From Acidobacteriaceae bacterium (lineage in GTDB: Bacteria; Acidobacteriota; Terriglobia; Terriglobales; Acidobacteriaceae), in the NCBI GenBank assembly GCA_003138365.1, contig PLFY01000046.1:2773-66772 (forward strand): a DNA stretch of 64,000 nucleotides. The letters are read 5' to 3'. Shown here one piece after another: positions 49,707 to 58,675 of the stretch (its first letter is position 1; every line of letters starts with the position of its first letter). Under the pieces are notes generated by a model. That model ran no database searches, had not been told where the DNA came from, and was given only the letters and a program-made list of their open reading frames with translations. The position numbers and the translations under genes were made by a program.

Positions 49707-51275
49707 TCACCCCGCCGCGGAGCTCTCGCGAATTCTCCTGCGCAGAGCGATCGCGCAATAGACCGCAACAGTAATCGACGCGACGGCCACAATAGCAAGC
49801 GGTATCCGCGAAACTCCTGCATAGGCCGCCGAATTCATCCATACGTTGATCGTATTTGCAGCATAAGAATTGATGGGAGAATACGCATGCAGAGGGGGAA
49901 TAGGCAACTTCAAAGCTATGTTGCGAAGATTTGACAGCGCACCCTGAATCATATCCAGTGCCTGCCCTCCACTTAGCGACCAAAGCATCGCGTCGTGCCG
50001 TCCCTGCGCATCGGCGAGCGCAAGGCGAAAGTGCCAGTTGCCGATAATTGACGAAGCGGAAAGAATCGCGCCCCATGTGAGAGCGCATATGAGTAAAATG
50101 CGCCGCCATAAACTTTCCTTCATCCACTCCCAATTGACGCACGCTGGCAGAACGAGAACCGGCGCAATGGTAACAAAGTGTCTTGGGCCCCAACCCCAAG
50201 AGCCGTACCAGTTAGTCTGAAGCTTTGCGTGAACAACCAGCCACAACCCGGACAGAACGACCACGAACGCAGCCTCGCATGGGTAGTTAGCCATAAAACG
50301 CCGAAAGCAAACAACCGACAACAGTGCAAGAGGGACAAACACGAAGATGCTCTTGCCGGGGCTGAACAGCAACCCAAACATGCCGCGCGCCAGATTGCCT
50401 GTGAGGCCGTTGGAAGAAGCATATTGACCGGATACGACTGGCGCAATCAGCCACTCCCCAGTCCGCAAATGATTGTAATAAGTTTGCCAGGCGGCAAATG
50501 GAGCCAAGACAGTTGCTCCTATCAATACCAGACGGATCAGCCGCTTGCGATCGTGCCAGAAGGCCATCGTCAGGTATACCGCAAAGGCCGGCAGTGATAG
50601 CACCATCGTAAGCCGTGTGATGACCCCCAGACCGCACAAGGCTATTGCGATCAGAAAGAAGCGCATTTTCATGGTCTTTCTGAAATGCAGCATGCAGAAC
50701 ACTGCTCCAGTCAACAAGCACATGCACAAGACACCGTCGTATAGAACGCGCGAATAGGTCCAGACGAAGGTGCAGAATGCAAGGGCCATCGAGCAGCTAA
50801 GTGCTGCCGCGATCGGTTTCCTGAAACTTATTCGGAGCATCGCGTAGAACAGCGCAATCGTTAGGGAACAGTAGATGATTGGCATCAAACACGCGATGAA
50901 GCCCGTAACGAAGCTTAGCCTTCGCTGGTCAAATCTATTCGACAGTGCCTTCTCCAAAACAATGTTGAAACCTGCGGCGGGAAGAAGAAACAGTGAGTTC
51001 CCAAATTCATGCGATCCATAGGTGCGGCCGTTGGGAGCAATCGTAGTAATTCCGGCCCCCATGTAGCTGCCATCGCTAGGCGACTCAAAGCCGATCGCGC
51101 CCCGCGTCAATACCTGGTGAGCGACTCTGTAATCATAGAAACCCTCCGATCCATCGAACCCTGCCGAGGTGAGGAAGAAAACCGCAAGAATCAAGGCAAA
51201 TACGAGAAGACTTTCAGTGCGCACGGTTGCCGGAGCGGAAACTGATTGTCGATCTTGGCGAATCATTGTATCCAC
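49707..51275 (-). CDS. Polytopic membrane protein, probable GT-C glycosyltransferase
   Basis: Many transmembrane segments; TFVWTYSR, GLLFSPGKS and WGWGPRH patterns. Confidence 0.6.
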   Translation of the reverse strand: MDTMIRQDRQSVSAPATVRTESLLVFALILAVFFLTSAGFDGSEGFYDYRVAHQVLTRGAIGFESPSDGSYMGAGITTIAPNGRTYGSHEFGNSLFLLPAAGFNIVLEKALSNRFDQRRLSFVTGFIACLMPIIYCSLTIALFYAMLRISFRKPIAAALSCSMALAFCTFVWTYSRVLYDGVLCMCLLTGAVFCMLHFRKTMKMRFFLIAIALCGLGVITRLTMVLSLPAFAVYLTMAFWHDRKRLIRLVLIGATVLAPFAAWQTYYNHLRTGEWLIAPVVSGQYASSNGLTGNLARGMFGLLFSPGKSIFVFVPLALLSVVCFRRFMANYPCEAAFVVVLSGLWLVVHAKLQTNWYGSWGWGPRHFVTIAPVLVLPACVNWEWMKESLWRRILLICALTWGAILSASSIIGNWHFRLALADAQGRHDAMLWSLSGGQALDMIQGALSNLRNIALKLPIPPLHAYSPINSYAANTINVWMNSAAYAGVSRIPLAIVAVASITVAVYCAIALRRRIRESSAAG

Positions 51276-51500
51276 GGTTTGGATCTCCTTGAGTACGCCT
51301 TGCCGACCGCGCCTGTCTGCAAAGCGGACTTACTTTTACCGCCGCGGCGGTGCATTACACTGACCGCTGTCCGGAATAAGCCGCTAGGTTTCTTCTCCGG
51401 CGAAGGCGGGTCACGGCGTTAAGCATTGAGCCAGGCTAGTAAATATTTGAGCCGTTGGAATTGGCACGTACATGGGGTTGATCCCGGAAGAGAGCCAAGC

Positions 51501-52310
51501 TCATGTGTACCAGCATTTCGGAAGCGTTAGATGCCTTGCCGTCCGCGAGTTATCCGCGTCTAACTCGTGCGGAAACGTAACCTGCGGCCTGACGCTGCTC
51601 GCGCGCCTCTTGTTGAGAAAGGTAAACTCCATCATGATGGGAACTTCAATGTCGCCCCTTCTGACGGATTCACCGCGGTTATCCGGATGGATGTGGACAA
51701 CATGAAATGACTTTAGCAGCTTTTCAAAGCAGGATGACAACAGATTGAACACAAAGGCGTCGAATAGCCTGTCCAGGCAGTGGAACTCTATCACCAGAAT
51801 TCTGAATTGATCAAGCACGCTGTCTGGCGTGCTGAGGATAACCTCATACTCAGCGCCTTCAATATCCATCTGCAGAATTAGATCTCCGGTGTAATTCCTA
51901 AGGTATTTATCCTTCCAGGAGGCAAGCGTAATGAAGTGTTCCCGATCGAATGCGCCGAGGAATTTCTTATCAAAGACAAACTCAGGTCTGAAGATCGGCG
52001 GCGCGTCCACGGAGAAGTCGGCAAGAAACGACTTGATCTTCCGGTCTGCCAGTTGGTTCTCAAAATCCGATACGGTATTCACTCCAGGCGAGAAGCAGTA
52101 CTCGATTCCTCCGAGATCGTCGGGGATCAAATAGCCCCCATCTCCACTTCCTCCAAATCGGATCAATTCAATTCCACAGTTCTGCGGTCTCAACTTCCTC
52201 ATAAGCCCAAGGATATCTGCAGACTTTGTCTGTTCGACGGCGTGAAAGCCCAGAGCGAAATGTACGGACCTGAATGCCTGGCGGGATGCCGTCTTGATTC
52301 CTAGTCCCAT
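51501..52310 (-). CDS. FkbM-like SAM methyltransferase-domain protein
   Basis: RFGGSGDGGY, LQMDIEGAE, ILVIEFH and VHIHP motifs. Confidence 0.72.
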   Translation of the reverse strand: MGLGIKTASRQAFRSVHFALGFHAVEQTKSADILGLMRKLRPQNCGIELIRFGGSGDGGYLIPDDLGGIEYCFSPGVNTVSDFENQLADRKIKSFLADFSVDAPPIFRPEFVFDKKFLGAFDREHFITLASWKDKYLRNYTGDLILQMDIEGAEYEVILSTPDSVLDQFRILVIEFHCLDRLFDAFVFNLLSSCFEKLLKSFHVVHIHPDNRGESVRRGDIEVPIMMEFTFLNKRRASSVRPQVTFPHELDADNSRTARHLTLPKCWYT

Positions 52311-52497
52311 GCAGAATCTCTTTCCTCAAACAAAGGGTGCTTAATTAAAATTGTAATCCCAGTTCCGGCGTTAGCCAAAGATCGGGACCCGCTCCACATT
52401 GCCGGAACGGCCTGCCACCTATCTTGATCTTTGCATCGAGTTATGAAGAAATGAAAAGAATGGTCCTGTTTCTCCGCGAAGCTAAATCTAACTTCGT

Positions 52498-53739
52498 TCA
52501 TGGCAGTTTTGCAATCGAGATCTCCGGGCCGGTCATAGCCGGCAGCTGTGACTCAGCGGTTGCCATCCCTATGGCGCCGGACGCATCAGAGAACTTGTAC
52601 CGGAAGTTTCTTTTGAGACGGAGAAACCTGCTCTCATAGAAATGGAAAGATAGGGCGGCGAGGGCGATGGAAGCAAGAACCGCCATGGCGAAAGCGAGGA
52701 GATGAAGCCCAACACCCGCGTTCGCACCTCCCAACCGTCCAGGCAGGTCAAGACGAGCGGCCAGCGTGATGATGGGCACGTGCAATACATAGATTCCGTA
52801 GCTGTACTTTCCCAGCATGCGCAACGTAGGCCGGTTGATTAAGGCGTGGAGCGCAGGCGTCGTCAGCGAAAGTGTTATCAGGGCCGCGCTTGCTAGTGCA
52901 ATAACGGTATAGCCAAACATCGCCAAGCCGCTAGATTCCCAGTTGAGTTTTTGATAAGGCCACGCGAAAGCAGCCAGCACGACAAGGCTGCCTGGCAACA
53001 CGAACCACGCAGCGCGTATCAACCTCTTTCGCGTTTCAGGCTGCGAGCGCAGAGCCAATGCGAGCAGCGCCCCAATCATCAACGAATCCGCTCGGGCCGG
53101 AGTGAATGTATAAATTGCCCCGAGCGGCATGTTCTTGTAGACCATCAATATCCGAACGCCAATGGAGCAGGCTGTAAGCATGACGGCTAGCAGCATGATC
53201 TTGGTCCGGTCCTTGAGGAGAAACACCAGGGCGGGCCACACGAAATAGAACTGCTCCTCTACCGCAAGAGACCATAAATAGTTGAGGTTGAAAAATGGAG
53301 AAAGAGGCTGGCTAAAGACGTGTTTCACAATGAGGGCATTATCAAGATAGGTGAGATAGAGGAATTGCCGCCCCCCCCAATCAATCTGCAAAGGTCGGGT
53401 AAAGGCCATAACTACAAAGAGGAATCCATAGTACAGCGGGAAGATGCGGAGGAAGCGACGGGCATAGAATGCGCGGAAGTAATTGAGGGACTCCCTTGTG
53501 TCGTAGAGGATGCCGGTGATCAGGAATCCCGAGAGTACAAAAAACAGATCGACGCCTATCCAGGCAGATTGTGTAAGCCCCTGAGCAACCCGCCCGGGAA
53601 AACTGTCGGGGAGAGTGACTCCCGCTATTGCGAAATGGTGGATAAGCACAAGCAGGATTGCCAAGCCCCGAATCCCATCCAGGACAGGAACGTGCTTTTC
53701 CTTCTCTTGTGAGTACCCCTTTTCGCTCATGCTCGCCAT
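52498..53739 (-). CDS. Acyltransferase-3 family membrane O-acyltransferase
   Basis: LDGIRG, GVDLFFVLSGFLI, RRFLRIFP, WSLAVEEQFY and SYGIYVLH motifs. Confidence 0.93.
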   Translation of the reverse strand: MASMSEKGYSQEKEKHVPVLDGIRGLAILLVLIHHFAIAGVTLPDSFPGRVAQGLTQSAWIGVDLFFVLSGFLITGILYDTRESLNYFRAFYARRFLRIFPLYYGFLFVVMAFTRPLQIDWGGRQFLYLTYLDNALIVKHVFSQPLSPFFNLNYLWSLAVEEQFYFVWPALVFLLKDRTKIMLLAVMLTACSIGVRILMVYKNMPLGAIYTFTPARADSLMIGALLALALRSQPETRKRLIRAAWFVLPGSLVVLAAFAWPYQKLNWESSGLAMFGYTVIALASAALITLSLTTPALHALINRPTLRMLGKYSYGIYVLHVPIITLAARLDLPGRLGGANAGVGLHLLAFAMAVLASIALAALSFHFYESRFLRLKRNFRYKFSDASGAIGMATAESQLPAMTGPEISIAKLP

Positions 53740-53776
53740 TCTCCGGAGCTTCGAGTCCCCCCTGCCGCAAGAACCC

Positions 53777-55105
53777 TCACCGCGCACCCCAGCTGAACTT
53801 CCGTTGCTGCCATGGCTGGTTTATGGGCTGCGCCGGCTCGACCGGGACAGATGCCAGCCGCAACGCCGCCAAGGAAAAGGCTACACTGATCACCATGAAT
53901 CCTTGTTCCGTTGGCTGCTCGAGTACTCCGAATACCAAGGTCCAAAACATCAGCGGAGCCAGGAGCCATGGAAGCGGTTGGTGATCGCGTACTCGGGCGA
54001 GCGCCTTGGAGATGATCATCAATGCCAGAAAACCGCGAAACAGCATAAATGCGATCCCCGCGGGCAAACCGAATTCGTTGATGACGCGGGGAAACTCCTC
54101 TTCCCCGACGGTAAAGCCCGGGGTGCCGGTCAGGAGCGCCGAAACCGCATTGGCGCCGTGACCCAAGCCAACGCCGAGCCAGTTACTCCTACTAATGCTT
54201 TCTTCAATCGTTCCAGTCACAGGATGAAGAACACGCAAGAAGATCGAATCTTCCACAGTTCCTTCACTTGCCGATGCTTGGGAGAAACGCGTCGAGAGAG
54301 TGTCGGAGGCTCCGGAGAAAATCGGCAAACGCGAAACCATCGCGGATACCACCACTAGTACGGCGATTATTTGGAGAGATTTTACAAACTGGGATACTCC
54401 AAAGAACGCGGCCACTCCCACGCAGGCGACGATCGCTGTCAAGAGGAACACCAGCGTACGGCTGCCAGTGACCGGAATCGACAGAACCAAAGCGCCAGAT
54501 GCCGCCCACAGTGCCGATTTCTTCACGAACCTGGGATTGGCCAGGCCGTAGAGAATGAATGCCGCTGCCATGGGAATATAAGACATCGGCCCCACGACAT
54601 AGCTAAAGGTGGCGGAGGCTCTCACGTGCCCAAGCGCATAGTTGAGTTGCTCGGAACCTCGGTATGCACCAACGTTCAGAAACGAAACGGGCGGCGCCAT
54701 GTACTGCGCGATCTCCAATGCGGTCAGGGGCAAAAGAAGCCATAAGGTGCACTTGCCGAACTTGCGCAGGTCTTCCTCGTCGAGATTCGATCCCATGATG
54801 AAAGCAACGGGGAATGGAAGCAGGTAGGAACGCAAACCATAAAGTGCAATGAACCATCGGGTTTCGCCGACGACCAACTGCACGAAACACAAGACCAGTA
54901 TCCCGGCAGTTAGAATCCCAACGACAGCTGACCATTCCCTCGGCCACTTGCGAGTGCGATATGCCTCAGCGATGATGAAGAATGCGACCGGGTCGCGCAC
55001 TACCAGCAGCGGCCCGGCGAGCTGCGGCACAATCCATTTGCGCAGCGCACCTTCAAAAATCAAAAGCAGGAAATATGCCCAGAAGAGCTTCTTCAGCATT
55101 GACAT
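53777..55105 (-). CDS. Wzy/O-antigen-ligase-like polytopic membrane protein
   Basis: About 10-12 transmembrane segments, TGSRT motif, periplasmic loop with G.GLG; cluster context. Confidence 0.65.
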   Translation of the reverse strand: MSMLKKLFWAYFLLLIFEGALRKWIVPQLAGPLLVVRDPVAFFIIAEAYRTRKWPREWSAVVGILTAGILVLCFVQLVVGETRWFIALYGLRSYLLPFPVAFIMGSNLDEEDLRKFGKCTLWLLLPLTALEIAQYMAPPVSFLNVGAYRGSEQLNYALGHVRASATFSYVVGPMSYIPMAAAFILYGLANPRFVKKSALWAASGALVLSIPVTGSRTLVFLLTAIVACVGVAAFFGVSQFVKSLQIIAVLVVVSAMVSRLPIFSGASDTLSTRFSQASASEGTVEDSIFLRVLHPVTGTIEESISRSNWLGVGLGHGANAVSALLTGTPGFTVGEEEFPRVINEFGLPAGIAFMLFRGFLALMIISKALARVRDHQPLPWLLAPLMFWTLVFGVLEQPTEQGFMVISVAFSLAALRLASVPVEPAQPINQPWQQRKFSWGAR

Positions 55106-55140
55106 ATGAGGCTCACGAACGATTGGGCCTCGCGATTCCA

Positions 55141-56424
55141 TCACTGCCATAATGCGGCCCTCACAGCTTGCGCCCAATGTTCGCGATAACTCTTCCAAGA
55201 CTTTGCTTCCGCGGTAACCTGTGCGTTATGCGACATTTCAGCCAACAACTGCCGATCCTGGCAGAGCAGGCTCAGCCGATCGGCAATCGCTTCAGACGAA
55301 CGCACCGGAACTACGAAGCCCTCATGCCCATCTCTGATCAAATCGCCTGCGCCCACGTTGGGAGTGACAATGACCGGCAGCCCACAAGCGAGCGCCTCTG
55401 TCACTACGAGACCGAATGCTTCACTGATCGAGGGAAGCACGAGCACGTCCGACTGCATCATTTCGTCCAATACCTGACTATGCGGAATCGTCTCAAGCCA
55501 GCGCCAGCGCCTGCATGCGGCGTCTACGACGTCGTTGGGGGCGAAGCGCTGCCCAATCAGCGTGAGGTTGACATCCGATCCAAGCGTATCAATGGCGCTC
55601 AAGAGATATCCGATGCCTTTTCGCTGGTGGAGCGCGCCGGCAAACAACACTCGCAAGGGACGGTGAAATTCGGTTGGGCGCTCCGGCCTGGTGCGAACAG
55701 GAGGAGCGCCATAGGGCACAACCAGTATTTTATCTTCAGGAACAACTCCCACCAAAGTTCTGCGCACATGATCGCTGGCAACGACAATCAGGTCGGCAAG
55801 CGCGATTTCTTCGTCCTTCTCACGCATGTGTTCAACGGAGTCGGACAGCTTGGGAAGCACGGACGCCATGTGCGGGCTTCGTGCCTGCTCCTCGCGGAGC
55901 AGATCGCGTTCCCAGTACCAATACCCGCTGGTGAGGTCATACAAAGTGCGAATGCCCCGGCGCTTGGCCTGACGGAACGTTTGCAGTGCGCCACCTTCAT
56001 AGGCATAGACGGCGTTGGCGCCAATTTCCCCTAGCCGCCGCGCCACCATGGCATCGAAGTTGCGGTACATTCCGATGACTGAGAACGCCCGCTCTCCAGA
56101 ACAAAGGAGCCGTTCCAGGGGCGAGAACCTGGCACCCAATCGGACCATCTCTCTCCAAGGAACACATCTCACGCGGTCACCGGGCACATCCCCAAAAGCG
56201 CGCCTCACCAACTGGCCGCGGAGGCTTGACGGCACCACCCGGTTCCACCTGGACTCGGGATTCCACGCAATGGTCGTCCAGAACTCGGCAAGCATTTCGT
56301 GCTCGACGAGGCTGCGGAGGGCATTGCGCACGTTCTGATTGCCCGTAGGATGGGAGATCAGGATGGAGGGCTTTGCTTCCCGGTTGGCAGCCGTCGCGAG
56401 CGTCTCGTCCTCAACCATACGCAT
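55141..56424 (-). CDS. GT4 glycosyltransferase
   Basis: LVLPSISEAFGLVVTEALACG motif. Confidence 0.9.
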   Translation of the reverse strand: MRMVEDETLATAANREAKPSILISHPTGNQNVRNALRSLVEHEMLAEFWTTIAWNPESRWNRVVPSSLRGQLVRRAFGDVPGDRVRCVPWREMVRLGARFSPLERLLCSGERAFSVIGMYRNFDAMVARRLGEIGANAVYAYEGGALQTFRQAKRRGIRTLYDLTSGYWYWERDLLREEQARSPHMASVLPKLSDSVEHMREKDEEIALADLIVVASDHVRRTLVGVVPEDKILVVPYGAPPVRTRPERPTEFHRPLRVLFAGALHQRKGIGYLLSAIDTLGSDVNLTLIGQRFAPNDVVDAACRRWRWLETIPHSQVLDEMMQSDVLVLPSISEAFGLVVTEALACGLPVIVTPNVGAGDLIRDGHEGFVVPVRSSEAIADRLSLLCQDRQLLAEMSHNAQVTAEAKSWKSYREHWAQAVRAALWQ

Positions 56425-56431
56425 GTCCCGT

Positions 56432-57559
56432 CTACGCTCCTGCGGCTCTGGAAGCGGGCCGCATATCCGATCCAGCCTGGGTGGCCGACCGATCCATCCA
56501 TTCCGAGTATTCCGCTGCATGGACATGCAGCCGATGTCCTGAGTACCAATGCCAAGCCGCGGCGGAACATCGCTCCAGTCCGCCAGCCATCGCAGCGGCT
56601 GCGGTGCTTGGGCTCACCAACTGAACTCCGTCTTTCAGTCCGTCGACCTCCCCAGAAAAGGATTCCGCAATCACAGGAATGACACCAAGCGCGCAAAGAC
56701 CAGCGAAGACTCCGGATTTCGCAAGGCAGAAGGACTCATGCTTCACAAACCCGAATTTCGACTGCGACAGCAAGTTGGCGAGATCCGGCATGGGCAGCAC
56801 TCCCATGCGTCTTACCGGAATTCCGTTCAGCTCCGAAGAGGCACTGAATTCCGGGCCGACATCCACGATTTCCTCGACGCCAAGGGTATGCAGCAGTTCC
56901 CCCAGCGAAGACAGCAGGTCATAGGCTTTTCGTCTCGTGTCTGCCAGGCCAAAAACAACCAGTGCCGGCCGTCTGGTGCGCAGCAGCGGAGTCTCCAGGC
57001 TCTCTCCAACGTTGGAAAACATCGGCAACAGCCGGACCGCGGGGTTGCCGCCTAGGATCGCTTCCCGTTCAAGCCAGTCCAAATGAAAAGTCGCATTGGT
57101 TGCAATCAGATCGGATGCATGCGCAAGCCTGCGAATCACCTGCTTCTGGCGGCGCGTGTACCAGAATGCAGATTTCCAGGGCATTCCGGTTGCATACAAT
57201 TCATGAAAATAAGTTCCAATGCGGAATTGCTGACTTTTTCTGACACGCTCAAGCGCTTCGGCAAGGATCAGCGGAGCTCCATCCCTCGAGTAACCGTATC
57301 CGCTGTAGTGGACGAGGAGCGCCCCAGGTTGGCCCTTGCTCAGGGAAATGCATGCCTCAAGCAACTGACATGGCGCGCAATAGACCCGTGGAAACGGCGA
57401 GTTGCACGGCTCGGTTGAATTCAACACGACAAATGCCGTGCCGATTCGAAAAGCAGCCTCCAGCTCCTGCGCCAACAGTATCGCGTGATCGCTCACCCCG
57501 CAACGTTCGGGCTTTAGCTGGGCAACAACCTGAATCAGCAGTCGATTCGTGGGGGGCAT
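56432..57559 (-). CDS. Putative GT-B (GT4-like) glycosyltransferase
   Basis: CGVSDHA..LA.EL, YFHE and KSGVFA patterns; cluster context. Confidence 0.6.
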   Translation of the reverse strand: MPPTNRLLIQVVAQLKPERCGVSDHAILLAQELEAAFRIGTAFVVLNSTEPCNSPFPRVYCAPCQLLEACISLSKGQPGALLVHYSGYGYSRDGAPLILAEALERVRKSQQFRIGTYFHELYATGMPWKSAFWYTRRQKQVIRRLAHASDLIATNATFHLDWLEREAILGGNPAVRLLPMFSNVGESLETPLLRTRRPALVVFGLADTRRKAYDLLSSLGELLHTLGVEEIVDVGPEFSASSELNGIPVRRMGVLPMPDLANLLSQSKFGFVKHESFCLAKSGVFAGLCALGVIPVIAESFSGEVDGLKDGVQLVSPSTAAAAMAGGLERCSAAAWHWYSGHRLHVHAAEYSEWMDRSATQAGSDMRPASRAAGA

Positions 57560-57738
57560 AGATGAATCCGAAGATTGGACGGCAACCGGCTCAGTCCCGG
57601 CAACCACGCATCAAAGACGCAATAAGACGGGCGGCCATTCTCGAGTTCAGGTCAGATATCCATGACAGAAGCTGTTTCAAAGGCGAATCACCTGAGCGCG
57701 ATGGAAAGACTCGGCACGCCCCGCGGACCGCGTGGTCC

Positions 57739-58674
57739 TTACTGGTATGCGGTTCGATAGATCGCGACGCTGGTGCCGATGCCAAGAGCGGAATTGATAG
57801 CCTGTATCAATATCGACTTGGCGTCGCTGGTGGGAATGAACAGAATATCTCCATCCTTCAATGCCATGTCCGGAGCTTTAGCTTCCTGGATCTTATTGAC
57901 GTTGAGGATAATATCCTCCTTTCGGCCATCCTCCAGAGTACGGACGAGGTGGGAACGCCACATCGCCGCGGAAGCTCCGCTGCCCCCGGCCAGCGCCATC
58001 GCTGTTTCTACCGACAGGGTTCGGCGGCCATCAAGGACAAATCCTCCGGGGCGATTCACTTTGCCAAGCACATAAACAATGCCGGCCCTGGGAACCGTAA
58101 TCGTATCCCCCGGAAATATCTGGATTCGAGGTACCACGGGGGTGAGAGCCTCGGGGTTGTAATCGACCGTGATCGGGTGGTCCGGATCGGTTTTGCGGGT
58201 GATGATCACCTTTGAGGACGCAGCCGGCGTCACCCCGCCGGCAGCGGTCATCACATCGCTGAACATGCGAACGCCCAGAGCCGGGTAGAGACCGGCGCTT
58301 TTCACCTGCCCGTTCACCAAAATACCCTGGGTCGCATACTCGGATATGAAAACGGTGGCGTGTGCCTTGCCTGGCCTGAGAATGTCGGCCTCTACGAAAC
58401 GCTCCTCGATGGTTGCACCAACCTCCTCCGCGGTCTCTCCCGCGACATGGACCAAGCCCAGCAGCGGAACGGTGATGTCGCCCCTCTCATCCACCCGAAA
58501 GCGGCCAGACAGGTCAGCGTTGTCGTACATAGCGATTTCAATCAGATCGCCGGAACTGATGATCAGTGGCGGCACAGCCGGTGTGGGATTCCCGGTTTGC
58601 TGGGCAACGCCAGCACCCGCCTGCACCAAAAGAAATGCCGCAATGGTCGCTGCGAACGCGAATGTCTTAGCCAT
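57739..58674 (-). CDS. Polysaccharide export protein (Wza/Poly_export + SLBB)
   Basis: ISSGDLIEI, RVDERG.I.VPLLG.V, VYVLGKVNRPG and LKDGDILFIP motifs. Confidence 0.88.
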   Translation of the reverse strand: MAKTFAFAATIAAFLLVQAGAGVAQQTGNPTPAVPPLIISSGDLIEIAMYDNADLSGRFRVDERGDITVPLLGLVHVAGETAEEVGATIEERFVEADILRPGKAHATVFISEYATQGILVNGQVKSAGLYPALGVRMFSDVMTAAGGVTPAASSKVIITRKTDPDHPITVDYNPEALTPVVPRIQIFPGDTITVPRAGIVYVLGKVNRPGGFVLDGRRTLSVETAMALAGGSGASAAMWRSHLVRTLEDGRKEDIILNVNKIQEAKAPDMALKDGDILFIPTSDAKSILIQAINSALGIGTSVAIYRTAYQ

Positions 58675-58675
58675 G

